A DNA stretch of 64,000 bases, from positions 43,402,001-43,466,000 of the forward strand of contig CM097885.1 in NCBI GenBank assembly GCA_044892525.1. The letters are read 5' to 3'. Made by a program: the position numbers and the translations under genes. Origin of the DNA: Schmidtea polychroa (taxonomy: Eukaryota). Positions 1 through 13,469 of the stretch are shown here, in pieces. Each line of letters opens with the position of its first letter. The stretch's first letter is position 1. The notes beneath the pieces were generated by a model. The model saw nothing but the letters and a program-made list of their open reading frames with translations. It was not told the origin of the DNA and did not search any database.

Positions 1-1157
1 AAGATTTTTACCTCATTTCTCAATTCAAATAGTCGACTTAAAACTTTTCCTCTTGAAAGCCACCGGACTTCAGTATGCAGCAACAGTGTGGTATGGTCAC
101 TTCCCATCTCACTGCATAGAATTGAAAATAATCGGGAATTAAGTGCTCGAGACTTTATGAAATTTATCGTTTTTACGGCTTCGTTTAGAACTGTTATCAA
201 GGGATCGGGCATATTTTTTGCCGCCAAAGATTCACGATGAATTATACAATGCGTAGAAATACATAACGGAGCAACTTCTTTAATTCTTGTAACTACCCCA
301 GATAAGCTTCCAATCATGGCTCGAGCACCATCTTTGCAAATCCCTACACATTTATTCCAGTCTATTTCATTTTCAGCAAAGTAACCAGTAAGTATGTTAA
401 AAATTTCATTAGATGTTGTTCTCATTTTCAAAGGTTTACAAAAAAGCATTTCTTCGTGTATTTCGTTCATAAAATCAAATCGAACATAGACAAGTAATTG
501 AGCCAAATTTGAAACGTCGGTACTTTCGTCAAGCTGCAAAGAAAAAAACCAACAGTCTTTTAATCTGCAGATTAAAATTTTTTCTATCTGATTTGCCATA
601 TCGTCTATTCGTGACTTTACCGTGTTGTTCGACAATGAGATTTTTTCGATTTCCTTCGCTGAATTTTCGCCAAATACTGATCTTACGATATCTTTAGCAA
701 CAGGCAACAATAAAGTTTCACCAATTGTATGTGCCTTTCCACATTTTGCTATATGTAAGCTCGCTAAATATGAAGCCCGAACATAATTTGTGTTTAAATT
801 GCTGAAAGATGTCATAAAAGCTTTTTGAAGGCCCAGTTCCGCAACCCTCTTTTGAAAATATTCCGAAGGCCTATTTTTTAGTTCCGGATGCTTAGTTGAG
901 AAATGCCTTTTTAAAAGTGATGGTTTCATGCATCCATTTGATAAAGTTTCGAAACAGATAACACACTGCGGAATCGGAAAAGACTCTGAGCCAGATTTAA
1001 TTGAAAATCCATAGCTTAAGTATTCTGGATTATAGAGCCTGGCTACTTTCTCTTTCTTTTTATGCTTTTTTTTCTGCACACAATTTGTCTTTTCAAAGAT
1101 TTCCTCTTCTTCGCTATATGAACTTAAATTTTCATTGTTATCGGCAAAATTTTTCAT
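1..1157 (-). CDS. hAT (Buster/Charlie, ZBED5/SCAND3-like) transposase, 5' part; runs off the window start
   Basis: Manual translation from ATG at 1157 is open to base 1: YGF...PQCVICFETLSNGCMKPSLLKRH (BED finger), ASYLASLHIAKCGKAHTIGETL, FSLQLDESTD, DGARAMIG, THCIIHRE, LLHTEVRWLSRG. Absent from the ORF track because there is no stop in the window. Confidence 0.93.
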   Translation of the reverse strand, partial: MKNFADNNENLSSYSEEEEIFEKTNCVQKKKHKKKEKVARLYNPEYLSYGFSIKSGSESFPIPQCVICFETLSNGCMKPSLLKRHFSTKHPELKNRPSEYFQKRVAELGLQKAFMTSFSNLNTNYVRASYLASLHIAKCGKAHTIGETLLLPVAKDIVRSVFGENSAKEIEKISLSNNTVKSRIDDMANQIEKILICRLKDCWFFSLQLDESTDVSNLAQLLVYVRFDFMNEIHEEMLFCKPLKMRTTSNEIFNILTGYFAENEIDWNKCVGICKDGARAMIGSLSGVVTRIKEVAPLCISTHCIIHRESLAAKNMPDPLITVLNEAVKTINFIKSRALNSRLFSILCSEMGSDHTTLLLHTEVRWLSRGKVLSRLFELRNEVKI

Positions 1158-1596
1158 TATCAATGGGTAAAAAAATTTGGTAAGACCTTAACTTCGGGGG
1201 CTGGTTCGAATCCGGATAGAAATATTTTTTTCTTTTTGAAAAATCTAAAAAATAATAATTTACTTATGGACTATTTCTTAATAAGATGGATACAAATTTA
1301 TCACACCCCAGCTTGCTTTGTAAATTAAAATAAAAACTAAACCTAGCAGTATATTTCTGGATTTGTTCGAACGTGTTAGTACTAAAAATATTTTTCTTTT
1401 AACTACGCATATTTTTCTGAATATGTTGGGTATGTATCGTTCTATCAGAAGAATATACGAATTTATAGCTTGATTAATTTTTTTGTTATTTTAGCATAAA
1501 ATATAAGTTTTTTAAAAGTACAAAACTCTTGGCGTACCACCAAAATTATCAATTCGTACCACTAGTGGTACGCGTACCACAGGTTGGGAACCTATG
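1..1596 (-). mobile_element. Buster-type hAT DNA transposon, 5' end
   Basis: Terminus reads CATAGGTTCCCAACCTGTGGTACGCGTACCAC on the minus strand from 1596. Flanking 8-mer tcctagat has the central TA typical of Buster target sites. Contains the transposase ORF. Confidence 0.85.
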
Positions 1597-1668
1597 TCCT
1601 AGATAGAATATAATTTTTGATTTTTTCTCTATTTATTTTAATTTAATTTTTATATTTAAGATAATTTT

Positions 1669-1772
1669 TCGTGTGGGCATTATTCTGTGTGGGCATTAAT
1701 CGTGTGGGCAAAACTATCTGTGGGCAATTTTCTGTGGGCAATTTTCGTGTGGGCATTTTTCATGTGGGCAAT
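1669..1772. repeat. About 15-bp tandem repeat (gtgtgggcaattttc-like), resembling a repeat-built MULE-type terminal region
   Basis: About 7 degenerate copies of tgtgggca-containing units; no partner inverted array found in the window. Confidence 0.6.
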
Positions 1773-2624
1773 AATCATCGAATCGTATCACATTACACAC
1801 ACCTCTATAGGTAGATTAATTTGCTGTACCTCTCGCTCAGTGGGAATTGTCACTAAAATAACTACACTCTCGACCAATCATTTTAAGTTGCGAGACTCGC
1901 GGAGATGAATTTTTGATTGATGGGTAAATCTTAGTTGATATGTTCGGATGAGATGATTTGTAAATAGACTCATGTAATGAATTTCAGAAAAGATAAGGTG
2001 AGAAACGATTTTTCGCTGAAAAATTAAATGAGGAATTTTTCTGTGAATAAATTTAAACTTCGCAGCTTGAGAGTAATAAAAATTTAATAATTAATTTCAA
2101 TAAACCAGTTTTCTTTCAAATAAATTAAAGGATAGAAGTGCGGTGAATAACTTTCTCGATCGAAACTCTACCCCGTTAACCCGATTTTTGCATAAAGACT
2201 ACTAACAATAATATTAACCAAATATAGAGTTGTAAATAGGACACAGGATAAAGGATTAAAAATAAATTCCTGAAATAAAACCCAAAAGATAAATTTGAGA
2301 AACGACTTTTCATAGATAACTCTAAATAAAGAATTTCTCTTGGATAACATAAAATATCGTAGTTGAAAGAAACGAAAATTAAATGATTAATTTTAATAAA
2401 CAAGTTTGTTGAAATAAATTGAGAAATACAAGTTTAATGAATATTTTGTTCTTGATCGAAACTCTACCCTACCCAACCGATTTTATATAAAATCCTCTAA
2501 ATGACACTAATAAAAATGTTACTATGGTGAACATAACCCAGGCGAACGGACCGAACCATGTTGAAATGTAACTGCCTTGCCTGGGTCATTTAATAATTTT
2601 GAATGATTCTAGTTTTCAATCAAA

Positions 2625-3197
2625 ATGTCGGAACCAAACCTTCGACCAACCGGCCCGAGACCGTGTTTCTCGTGTGCCGACAAAAATGTGTTATTAAAGA
2701 AGTCGGACGATTACATTGGAGCGCTAAAACGAAAGATCGACACCTTGGAGGGTACCTGGTTTACCCCATCGCTGATGAAAGAGGCTCAAATGAAGATCCT
2801 CAGACTCGAGCACTGCCGTGTCAGTTTGCTTGAGGAAAGTCGGAGCCAACGGCTCACAATCAAGGCCCAATCTGTGGCTCTCCACCGCATCTATTCTGAG
2901 ACCGAATTGAAGGCTCGCATCGCGGAGTATCCTATCATAGACAAAGGAAATATGTTTCCTCTACATCATCGATCGGATTATTTGGAGTCGGTCCACCCGA
3001 CGCAGTGTAATTCTCACGGTCCTACAACAATGTCGCCCGCCACACCAGACGTCGCAATAACATGTGTCTACATACCGGTTATACCTGCCGTGAGCTCTGC
3101 GAGCACTTCTGATCCTCAAGGGATCGTTTCTACCGAACTCCTTAAACCCAAAAGAAAGAAACGATTGACCCGGGCAGAGAAAACCAAGAAGCGGTGA
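2625..3197 (+). CDS. Orphan 190-aa protein: coiled-coil N-half with ExTWFxP motif, basic NLS-like tail
   Basis: GC-richer open frame; ungapped similarity to the ORF at 8598-9056 (see findings); C-terminus KPKRKKRLTRAEKTKKR. Confidence 0.5.
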   Translation: MSEPNLRPTGPRPCFSCADKNVLLKKSDDYIGALKRKIDTLEGTWFTPSLMKEAQMKILRLEHCRVSLLEESRSQRLTIKAQSVALHRIYSETELKARIAEYPIIDKGNMFPLHHRSDYLESVHPTQCNSHGPTTMSPATPDVAITCVYIPVIPAVSSASTSDPQGIVSTELLKPKRKKRLTRAEKTKKR

Positions 3198-5964
3198 GAG
3201 GAAATAGCGACATTGGAGGCAACACTGTTCACGGTATCTACTGCTAAGTCAGTTCTACCCACCTACCCAATCCCGTCGTTCAAATTAATACCAGCTACGG
3301 ATCCCCTACCAACACCCGACCCCGTACTGGAAAACGACATCGTTGCAATGTTAATCGAAGGGACATCAGAATATGAGGACTTCGTCCCAAGCTTCTGACT
3401 TGAATTCAACTCCACATGTCGAATGTGTACTTTGACTCTCATGACATCTAAATTTGTGATTTTTGTAACGGTGTTAATTTAATTTCTTTTTCGATGTATT
3501 AGCGAGGTTGTGGTAGATCCCATAAACGTTTGAGTGTGAAATGTTTCTTCATACAACTCTAATCTCTTATTTGGTTACCCTAGTACCTCGTTGCGGAAAG
3601 TAACGAAAGTAGAATGACCTCACCTGGACCAGAGGCAATTATCGCTCGATATAAGTTCTTCCATGGCCTTCTAGGACCCGAACCGTGAATGCTGTAGGGA
3701 GTAGTCCTAACACAGGGGCTCACCTGCTTACAGGTTCTGACCTCGGTGTATATCACCAAGATTGCTCATCGTCATGGGTACACAGGAGGGAATATTATCA
3801 ACCGATCACTTTGGGTGCCTGGGAAAGAATCGAGTCTGGGGCATACCCCAGGTACCCAACAATACTCATAATCACAACACTCCTTACAAACCCTTAAAAC
3901 CTCATATTGCTACCTTTCCCTAATACTGCATTTCATCCAAATAGCCACTCACAATACCTTTAACTAGATCATCTTGATAGTTTATACAACTCCTAACCTC
4001 CTACAGCTATCACTCCCTCTTATAGTCAATCATATCCATCTTATTGGTTCATCTTTAAATGCTTGTAATCAATCGGGTGTCAACCCACCTCCTATTTGAC
4101 CCTTAGATCACCCCCTTCTGCTTATCTACATGTTCCTTACCACTCATACTAATCCACCTGACTGATCATGGTCCTTTACTTCCTACAACCTACCTACCCC
4201 TCACTTCCTCCTTACCTTACCTACCGCTCTTATCACTCACTCTATCCTTCCACAATTAGCCACTTATAATCAGATCATCATTAGTCCCTTTTAATCAATT
4301 TACAGCACTGAATTTTGAAATAGATGTCAAGTACCTACAAAGAGGACAATTCTGAACCAATACCATACTCCACAAAGAATATACGTATTGAATTAAACCA
4401 TTCTGAATGCCCACAAAGAAGACAATCAGAATACCATACTCCACAAAGAATATACTAGATGTGAAGAACCTACATAGAAAAATACTCTGAATACCATTAT
4501 ATATATATATATATATATATACTGGAAAATAACAAGATTGTTTATAAGAAACTTTATCTTGCCCAACTTTATCGCGTGAATGCGATCAAGTGCATTAAAT
4601 TATTTTATCTTCATTTAAGATGTTATAGGATGTTGTGGGTTACGTGTAATTCACATTTTATTCTTTCGTGTTTTCAGGGTAACTGAGAATCCAAGGTGGC
4701 TGTGCCACTTAATACCCGTTGAACAATAATTGAATATGTGAGTACTTGTAAGAAATGAGCGTGCCTCTGTTTATTATAATCGACAAGCACTCGAGTGGGT
4801 TTGCGGACTGCCGTTAGAAGTCCTATGTCCGACTTAGTTTTAGATCTCTCGTTTATTTGTAGTTCTCTCTACAATGACTCGAAAATCATGACATCAGCTA
4901 TAACAAGTGTCATACTAACAAATGACACTAAAATTTTATTTCGAATTGCAACATTGTACAAATGAGATATATTGATATGCCGCTTCCTGAGTAACTCTCG
5001 CGTATCCTTGCTAAGATATTTCGACGTTCTATTGCCTCCCACAACTGTTGTAATTCTAATCGTTGTATGCGTTTTTCTTCTGAAATTACAATTTAAGTCA
5101 AACCCAGATCCCATCATTTATCTACTCGATTTTATTTAAAATAATAGCAGTTATGTATCTCAGTGATTAAAGGCCCTAGCGCGGGAAATTTTACATTTTA
5201 TTTTATATGCTAGTTACGTATAGGAATTTAAACTAGTAGTTCATTTCGTTATTCCTTTACCGAAGTCTTAAACTATATTATTTATTATCATAACACGTCT
5301 CTCTAGAGTAACCAATGCTCATCACGATTCTAACCTCACATCCTATGACGCGTGCTTCTTTACGTGTCGTTGGGCACGTTCTCGCATTCTGGGTTGGTTC
5401 CGGCTTCCAGCTCCGATCTTCTCCAGATCGATCTTATATTGGTCATCTGAATATTTAGAGGGTTAGATATCTCTTGGGTATTGTACGACATTCACGGATT
5501 AAAGCACCATATCTAAATTTTGCACCCACCTCATTTAACCACATTCACCAACTTGTGCACCATACCCGTATCACACCCACATTGCTCAATCAACAGGGTC
5601 AGTATACATCAGCATTCCCCTGTTATCGGGGCTTATTGGGTTACACACTTGTGATTCCACAACTTTTTCAATGACAATCATCATCTTTATTGATGTTAAT
5701 TCATGATTATTCGCGAAAGTGATTCAGGAGTAGCTTCAATTCGATTATGACAAACCTTGTAGGAGAATAGCAAGGTTTAATACTAAGATTTCTTTGTTTG
5801 AACGCTTGAAAAGTTTTACAATTTTTGGCGTATATCAGGTAGAATATTCTGTTCATTTTAACTTAGCAATTCCTCAGACTTATCGCAAATGGTTTTAACA
5901 TTTATGGCTAATTTTGACACCTCGTCGCACCTGCACTAACGCCCATTTAGATATTACTTTACAT

Positions 5965-6179
5965 CAGTGTTTCTCAAACTATGGGTCGCGACCCATTTTT
6001 GGGTCTCGAAAGAATTTTTGGTGGGTCGCGATGACTAGAATAACTAGAGTTAAATAGAGTTATTTTCATTAAATAAACATTTATTTTAAAATTAATCTTT
6101 GTCATGTGGGTCGCAATAAAATTATTGGCATGAAATGTCAAAAATTTGGGTCGTGATCAAAAAAGTTTGAGAACCACTG
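5965..6179. mobile_element. hAT (Buster-type) MITE, 215 bp
   Basis: TIRs cagtgtttctcaaact ... agtttgagaaccactg; perfect 8-bp TSD ctttacat (5957-5964 and 6180-6187). Confidence 0.93.
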
Positions 6180-7939
6180 CTTTACATTAATGATGTAAAC
6201 TGGAACACAATTCGGACATTGGACTCTCCTCCGACAGACTTTTATGTTTAAGCCAATGACTTGTTGGGATTCTATTTCGCCTCTTCTGAAGAATTTAATT
6301 TTTTCGGAATTATTTTCCAAAAATTTATACAAGACAATTGGAGTCTCTATATCATCAATCTTAGCATGTCTCGCGATTTGTATATGAAAATGTAATTATT
6401 ATAATTATGTTAATAAAAAAATCTCCTTGCATCGATCTAAGTCTCCGGTATGGTCTGGTTCTCATATTCCATAACTGTTCTCTTTTGGCATTGAAGAAAT
6501 TTACTATTACTATGCCTCTTACTGGATCGCCTTTTATACTAGTGTGGACAATCATGTGTTAAATGCTTGCCACCCATAGCGAACTGGACATTAGGGGAAC
6601 GAGATTTTAGTGTCCTATAATAGATGAGATAATGTGGATTGAATGTTGAATTTAGGTATTTTGTCAGCATGTTCTATGAGTCTATTTACTATTACAATCA
6701 AATTAAAATTTGCTCGCCTCACTTGGTCCACTCGACACTAATGTGACGAGCTCTTAGTGTTATGTATATAGGTTGTTAGAATCACGACCGAATTAAAGAG
6801 GTAGACGTAATTCCAGGCCTCCTAATTAAGTAAACCTTATATAAATTATATTGATCTATTTTGCGAAATTTTTACATTTTTCAAGGGCTTTAAAGGGTTT
6901 TTATAGATTAAATTGGTTGAGTATCAAAATTAAATTGGTAAAATTATGATTATTTGAGGGATGATTGTCGGATAATTAGGTGTGAATATATGATCTTTTA
7001 AAGTGTTTTAAAAATTCAGCAGCTTTTATTATATTTTCCCGGTTCTATGACGTATATCATGATGTTGAGGATATTCAAATTACAAAAAAAATAATCATTA
7101 AAGGCGTAAAATGTTTAGGGGAATTGATGATGAGTGAATGTGGCAGTCTTCTAGAACCCAGTAAAACAAGAGTCGAAGAGAAATGTTGGAAAATGAGAAG
7201 GGAACAGAAGAAAATCAATAATAAAAACAGATAATTAAATAAAAGAACGTGATTCTTAATTAATAAGTACTAGTGCAAAAGAAGCGAAACCGAAAGTAAA
7301 ACAAAATTTCGATCGTCCTGCTATCTCGATAACCTACTCGAGATAGAGAAGGGAAAAGGCATGGGAAATCCAAGAAACTGGATTGTAAAAAATACATAGA
7401 TCTCAACAGCTGTCATAGATTACAGAATGCCAATGGAAAAAGTGGGGAAAAAGGAATGAATTATCTATAAGTGCCATCAGATGGGAAAATATAAAAACCA
7501 AACACAAATGAACAGAAATAGAGAAAAATTGGGACGAGAAAACTTTGCCACGAAAAGGGAGAAAATTTGTAAGAAAGAAATTTGTGAGAAATTTTAATTT
7601 ACCAAGAGAGTAAAATAAAGTGTTGAAAATCAGAAAAAGGTTTGAAAAAACTTGCATATTGAATTAGTAAATCATAGGTAGTTGAGAAACTCAAGCCAAG
7701 GTAAAAGCAACCAGATCAATTTTGTGAATTGCACATTACCCGCAGTAGTCAAGCGGTCATGTTCCTAGATGATTGTTATTGTTGCGCTATTCTTCCCGGA
7801 GGGTTGTAATAAGCACTTGAAACATTTGAGGTGTGATGAAAATTGGTATCGTTGAATTCGTTGTAATAAATTGTGATAATCAATAAAAATTTACGTCATT
7901 GCGATTTGTCATTGTCGTTATTAAATATCACGCTTGGAT

Positions 7940-8182
7940 TCAGATAAGTAATTGGCAGTAAACAATCCCCAACCAACTACAATCTACCCAACAATAACAG
8001 TCAAGAAAATAGATGATAAGATTTTTTAAGTAGACTCCTGTTTGGCAATTTTGAGCTTCATGCATGTCCAAAGTTCGTAGTTTTATTTTTCTGTCAAAAT
8101 TACATTGAGTAATTATTCCTATAAAATATCTACCAAGATAAGAATTAGAATCAATTCTGATTGAAATTATATTTTTTGACAT
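7940..8182 (-). pseudogene. hAT transposase fragment (first catalytic-Asp region)
   Basis: ISIRIDSNSYLGRYFIGIITQ...KIKLRTLDMHE...TGVYLKNLI resembles the S-x-x-x-D / RTL-x-x-x-E / T-x-x-x-LK pattern of invertebrate hAT transposases. Confidence 0.45.
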
Positions 8183-8597
8183 TTCCGATTAAATTTTGTT
8201 TCTTAGACCATTGCTTTGTCGTTAACAAGATCAATTACATTATTACTATTGGTGGGTTACAGGTAGTCAAACATCTTACCCTTTCGTGCTGTTTCCAGCG
8301 TAACCCAGAATACAAGGTTGATCCTACCAATTGATACCCGATGAGTAATCATCGTTGGTAATGTATCTACTGGGTGAGTACTCGCAAAAAGTGAGCGCAC
8401 TACTGCACTATAATTGTCGGGTACTCTTTGGGTCCACGGACTATCAATAGGAGATATATGTCCGATTTCATTGGTCCCTTGACTCTATTGTTTTCCCAAA
8501 ATGGCACAACTTTTCACTCAACCTCATCATCCGACATGCATGACTTTAGCATCAAAATATTACACTTTTATTTACAAATTAATCATATTGTTGTTCA

Positions 8598-9056
8598 TTA
8601 TCCATCAAGCGGTTTTAACTTCGATGATTCCGGTTCGAGTCCTTGTTCGGCCAGCCACAGTCGTTTTAACCGCTCTCGGCCATCTCGGCCTAGCCGCTTG
8701 CATTTGGCCTTAATAGGCTTGGCTAGGTGGATTTCGGCCAGTTCCGTAGTCATTGGTCGGATGGCTGCCGTGACGTGTTCGTCTATTGTCTTCTGATTCA
8801 GCCGCGTTTCCATGGCCCGCATCTGTAATTTCAGGGCACGTATTTCGGTTTTGTCCTGAGCGCTTTGGAGTTGTAACTGCTCGATTTGTCTCAGATGTTT
8901 GCGCACCACTTCGGGACGAAACCAAGTCGGCTCCATTTCTCGGCATCGTTCTTTAAACTTGGTGATGCTGGATTGAAGTTGCTCGACCTGTTGTTGAGCC
9001 TGATCTCTGTCTTTCCGGAGACCCTCGAATGACTTGTACACTGAAATGAGAACCAT
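8598..9056 (-). CDS. Orphan coiled-coil protein with ExTWFxP motif (homologue of 2625-3197); may be an internal exon
   Basis: GC-rich open frame with heptad-like Q/E/L composition; strong acceptor-like ctcatttcag near 9042. Confidence 0.5.
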   Translation of the reverse strand: MVLISVYKSFEGLRKDRDQAQQQVEQLQSSITKFKERCREMEPTWFRPEVVRKHLRQIEQLQLQSAQDKTEIRALKLQMRAMETRLNQKTIDEHVTAAIRPMTTELAEIHLAKPIKAKCKRLGRDGRERLKRLWLAEQGLEPESSKLKPLDG

Positions 9057-9319
9057 AATTAAATGACTTCTGACATGCGCTGTTCGCTACCGCCTATAGG
9101 CGTCTCCGAAGTTAATCTTTTATTGGCGTATACTAGATATTGTACCCCCATGAAAGCGTACCAAACCTCAGTGCCCAGCTTAAGTAAAAAACTCTTTTTA
9201 GACAATTTTATTTATTAATAAGAAAGGAGTCATAGAATTACTAAAAACACTGTAGCTAAAACAATGAAATCACAAATGTTTAATGTAATTGTCATGAGAT
9301 CATGAACCTCTGTCGGTTC

Positions 9320-9523
9320 TCAACTTCCGGGGGCCTTCTTGAGGGGTCTGCCCCGTCTTTTCCCTGATATAGGTTCGACTTCGGCCTCTTCTATGGGCCG
9401 GCCGGCTTCGACGGCACAAATTTGAGCCTCGATCAGTCGGAGTTCATATTGTGCTCTGGCAATGGCGTCAAGGATGCGGTCTCGAGCCTCTACGAGCCAG
9501 TTATTGTCTGGCTCCTGTTTCAC
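9320..9523 (-). CDS. Short ORF or exon with a helical segment and AT-hook-like KRRGRPLK motif
   Basis: GC-rich open frame ending ISGKRRGRPLKKAPGS; no ATG start, so probably an exon or fragment. Confidence 0.35.
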   Translation of the reverse strand: MKQEPDNNWLVEARDRILDAIARAQYELRLIEAQICAVEAGRPIEEAEVEPISGKRRGRPLKKAPGS

Positions 9524-12500
9524 CCACGCATACCTATTTTTGTGTGTGCAAGTACACGTGTATGTATTGATGCATTAAAACAAACTCGAATTCTTTTTAT
9601 TCTAGAGTTTTCTATTTTCTATTTTTGATGATTTTAATGACAATTTTAGTGCCATAATTTTTATCTTTATTTTTAAATTTTTTATTCTTTAATTATTTTT
9701 TGTTAAAGTTTCCTCCATGATGGATTTGGACAATTCCAGAACATTCCATATTAAATTTAAGTTAACTTTTATTTTAATAATGATTTTCCTAATTTCTTTT
9801 TTTCAAGTTTTTATTTTTAAAACTAATTAGTTTATTTTTACTAATTTTTGTTAATTTACATGGCTTTTATGATGGATGTCGCCATTTTAATGAAATGTTC
9901 TGGAATTTCATCTAGAATTTAGTATTTTTCTATCTTCCTATGTTATTCGAATCTTTTTTCTGATGTTCTATGTTATATTTGAGTCAGTTTTCTTGTAATC
10001 TTGCATTTGTGAGATTTTATTTAATTTCAGTGTTTTTATTTTCTGTTGTTTTTCTCGTAATTAATATGGTTTAGTTGATGTTTTTATGTTTATATTTAAC
10101 TATACTTATTGCTAGGTATGCGTGCTATGTACCAACGCACCTCAGTCACAAAATAAAGTTTTGGGTCTAGAAATCAGTTCTAGTCCAACACTATTAAATG
10201 GTACTTTTAGTGCACTCATAATCGGATGGATTATTTTTTCATGCAAAAATCTTCAAAAATTGTGAAAGGATGAACATTAGTGGTTACTGATTTTTACACA
10301 TGAATCAATGAAACTTTTTTGCACTTTTTTTTAAGTGATGCTTTGAGTCCAGTCATTTAATAGCATTTTTATTAATTTTTTGTCCAATGAGTGTCATTTT
10401 CTTATCAATTAACTTCAATGAAGAAAATTTTATTTTAAAGATCAATTAATTTTATTCAAAAACCAACAACATAATTTAAATCTTAACAAATATTTTCAAT
10501 GAGCTATCAAATTTCTTTTAAAGTCAAACAATTTAATTAAATTATTGTAAGATATAACAAATTTATTTAGTAATTCATGTAAAAACATACTTAATTGTCA
10601 ATTACTTTATCAATCAGGTAATAATTTTCATCAGTGATTATATTATTACAAAAATATCCAATGTTTATCTAATCAATCAATAACATTTGTAAACTTAGTA
10701 ACTCATACTTTTTACTTTCAATACATAAATTACATAACTATCAATACTCAGACTTTTGATCATGATACCTACACTCTATAAGAAAATAATTAAAATAATT
10801 CCAGCAAGAAAACTATCAGCAAAATTAAATTATGAAAAACTCATACAAAAGGTAACATAACACCTGGTTAGTTCAATGAGGTTAGTCATATGATAACGAG
10901 GAAAGAGGAAATCATATCAGAAATAATGAGAGAATTTATAAATGTCACATGTAATCTTAGTTGTTAGTATTGTGTTTGATTATTTAGTAAAATGTAGTTG
11001 TATATTGTGTATGGATTATTTTATACGAAAGTTTTATTTCAAAAATAACAACTTTATTTAATTAATTAAATGTGTTTTATCAATTAATGATCTGAAAATT
11101 TGTTCAAAGTACTATCAAATGTATTTTAAATCATTCAAAATAATTTTATTTATTTTAAGTTTTGACAAAATAATTAACCAGTTTAAAAAGTATATTCAAA
11201 TACTGGTTTGTTTTAATTTAGATTGCCATAAACCTTGAAAATATGATAAATTTAAATTCAATTTATTTATTTATTAGTACTCGTAATAGAAAACTTTAAA
11301 ATAATTTGTATTTGATTAATAGCATTTTATCAATAATTTAGTTGGTTGGTTATTAATAATAATTTAGTATTATGCTAATTGGTTGTTAATTAGTTGTTTA
11401 TAATCAATTCAAAGACCAAAGTTAAGCAGATCTTTTGTGAATAAAAATTAGAATGTATTGCTTTCTATATTTAAATTTTATGTCTTTCATTATAACTTTG
11501 AAAGGTTTTAATCATTTTTCTTAATTTTTTAATATTTCTAATTAATATTATGAAGACAATTATGTTATCTTCAAAAATTCAGAGCAGGAATCTGCCCTTA
11601 TTTCTCATGTCGATTTATATGGAATTTAAAGAATAACTTCCCGAGACAGGCTTGTTCTTAACTATTGTGTGTAAAATTTTACGAAACTTGTCAATTGCCT
11701 AACTCCCGACACGTTCATGAGACGCTAATTCTAGTGGGTCTATGACAAGTAATGACCATGGTAAAGACCTTCTGTGTGTCAATTAAACTTAACTATTTAC
11801 ATCTGGTTGCTTGGGTCGCTATCTGGGCCTCGAGACAACCAACTAGATCCATCATGTGACAGTTTATATTTCATTAGGACGGTTTGAATAACTAAATTTT
11901 TTCTTAGCATAAGCGGCTTTCGTTTTGGTTACAATGATTGTAAATTTGTTATAGTTAAAATACATCTATTCTATCCACAAACTTATGACTTATTCATTTA
12001 AACCATACTATTATTTATAAGATATTTTTACCTACAAGCTTGAAAGTTTTATCTTTGGAGTCAGAAAAAGCTGTTAATATCGAAAATCAAGCACCTTAGA
12101 TCGGTCCTAACTATAGTACCAACGCGACCACGTCACGGGTGCGTGAGTGGTTACAATAATAATAATGCTTGCCGTTCAGGATGCGGGTACTCACTTTGAT
12201 CCACGATAACCCATAGCTGTCATTTTATACTTGAGTCATGAGCAACAACCTCCTCGAAATGCTAACAGTTGGTACAGCATTCAAAATGTTTGAGTTTACG
12301 AAAAGACTCGGTATTTCCTTATGACTTAAACTTTAAGCCATTGAATTACCATCAATCCCACACCAAAAATATACAATTATGCTGTTTACACTTTCTAAAA
12401 TTAAGAATTTAAATGATATTTTTACGTCTAGTAATTTATAACTTGTAAAACATTACTTATTTTCAAGTTACTTATAAACAAATAATTTGTTTATCAAATG

Positions 12501-12695
12501 AAGAACTTCATAAAATATTAATTTATTAAAAAATACTTGTCAAAAATTAGAAAATCTTTAAGAAAAATCTTTTTCAGTTCACTGTAAATTATAATTCACG
12601 TCATTTATTTTTAAAAATATATGAAAATGTATTTAAAGAAGATTTAGTTGTTGTCATTGTTTTATTGAACTATCAAGCTTTATTCCCCTAGTTGA

Positions 12696-13469
<774 letters not shown>

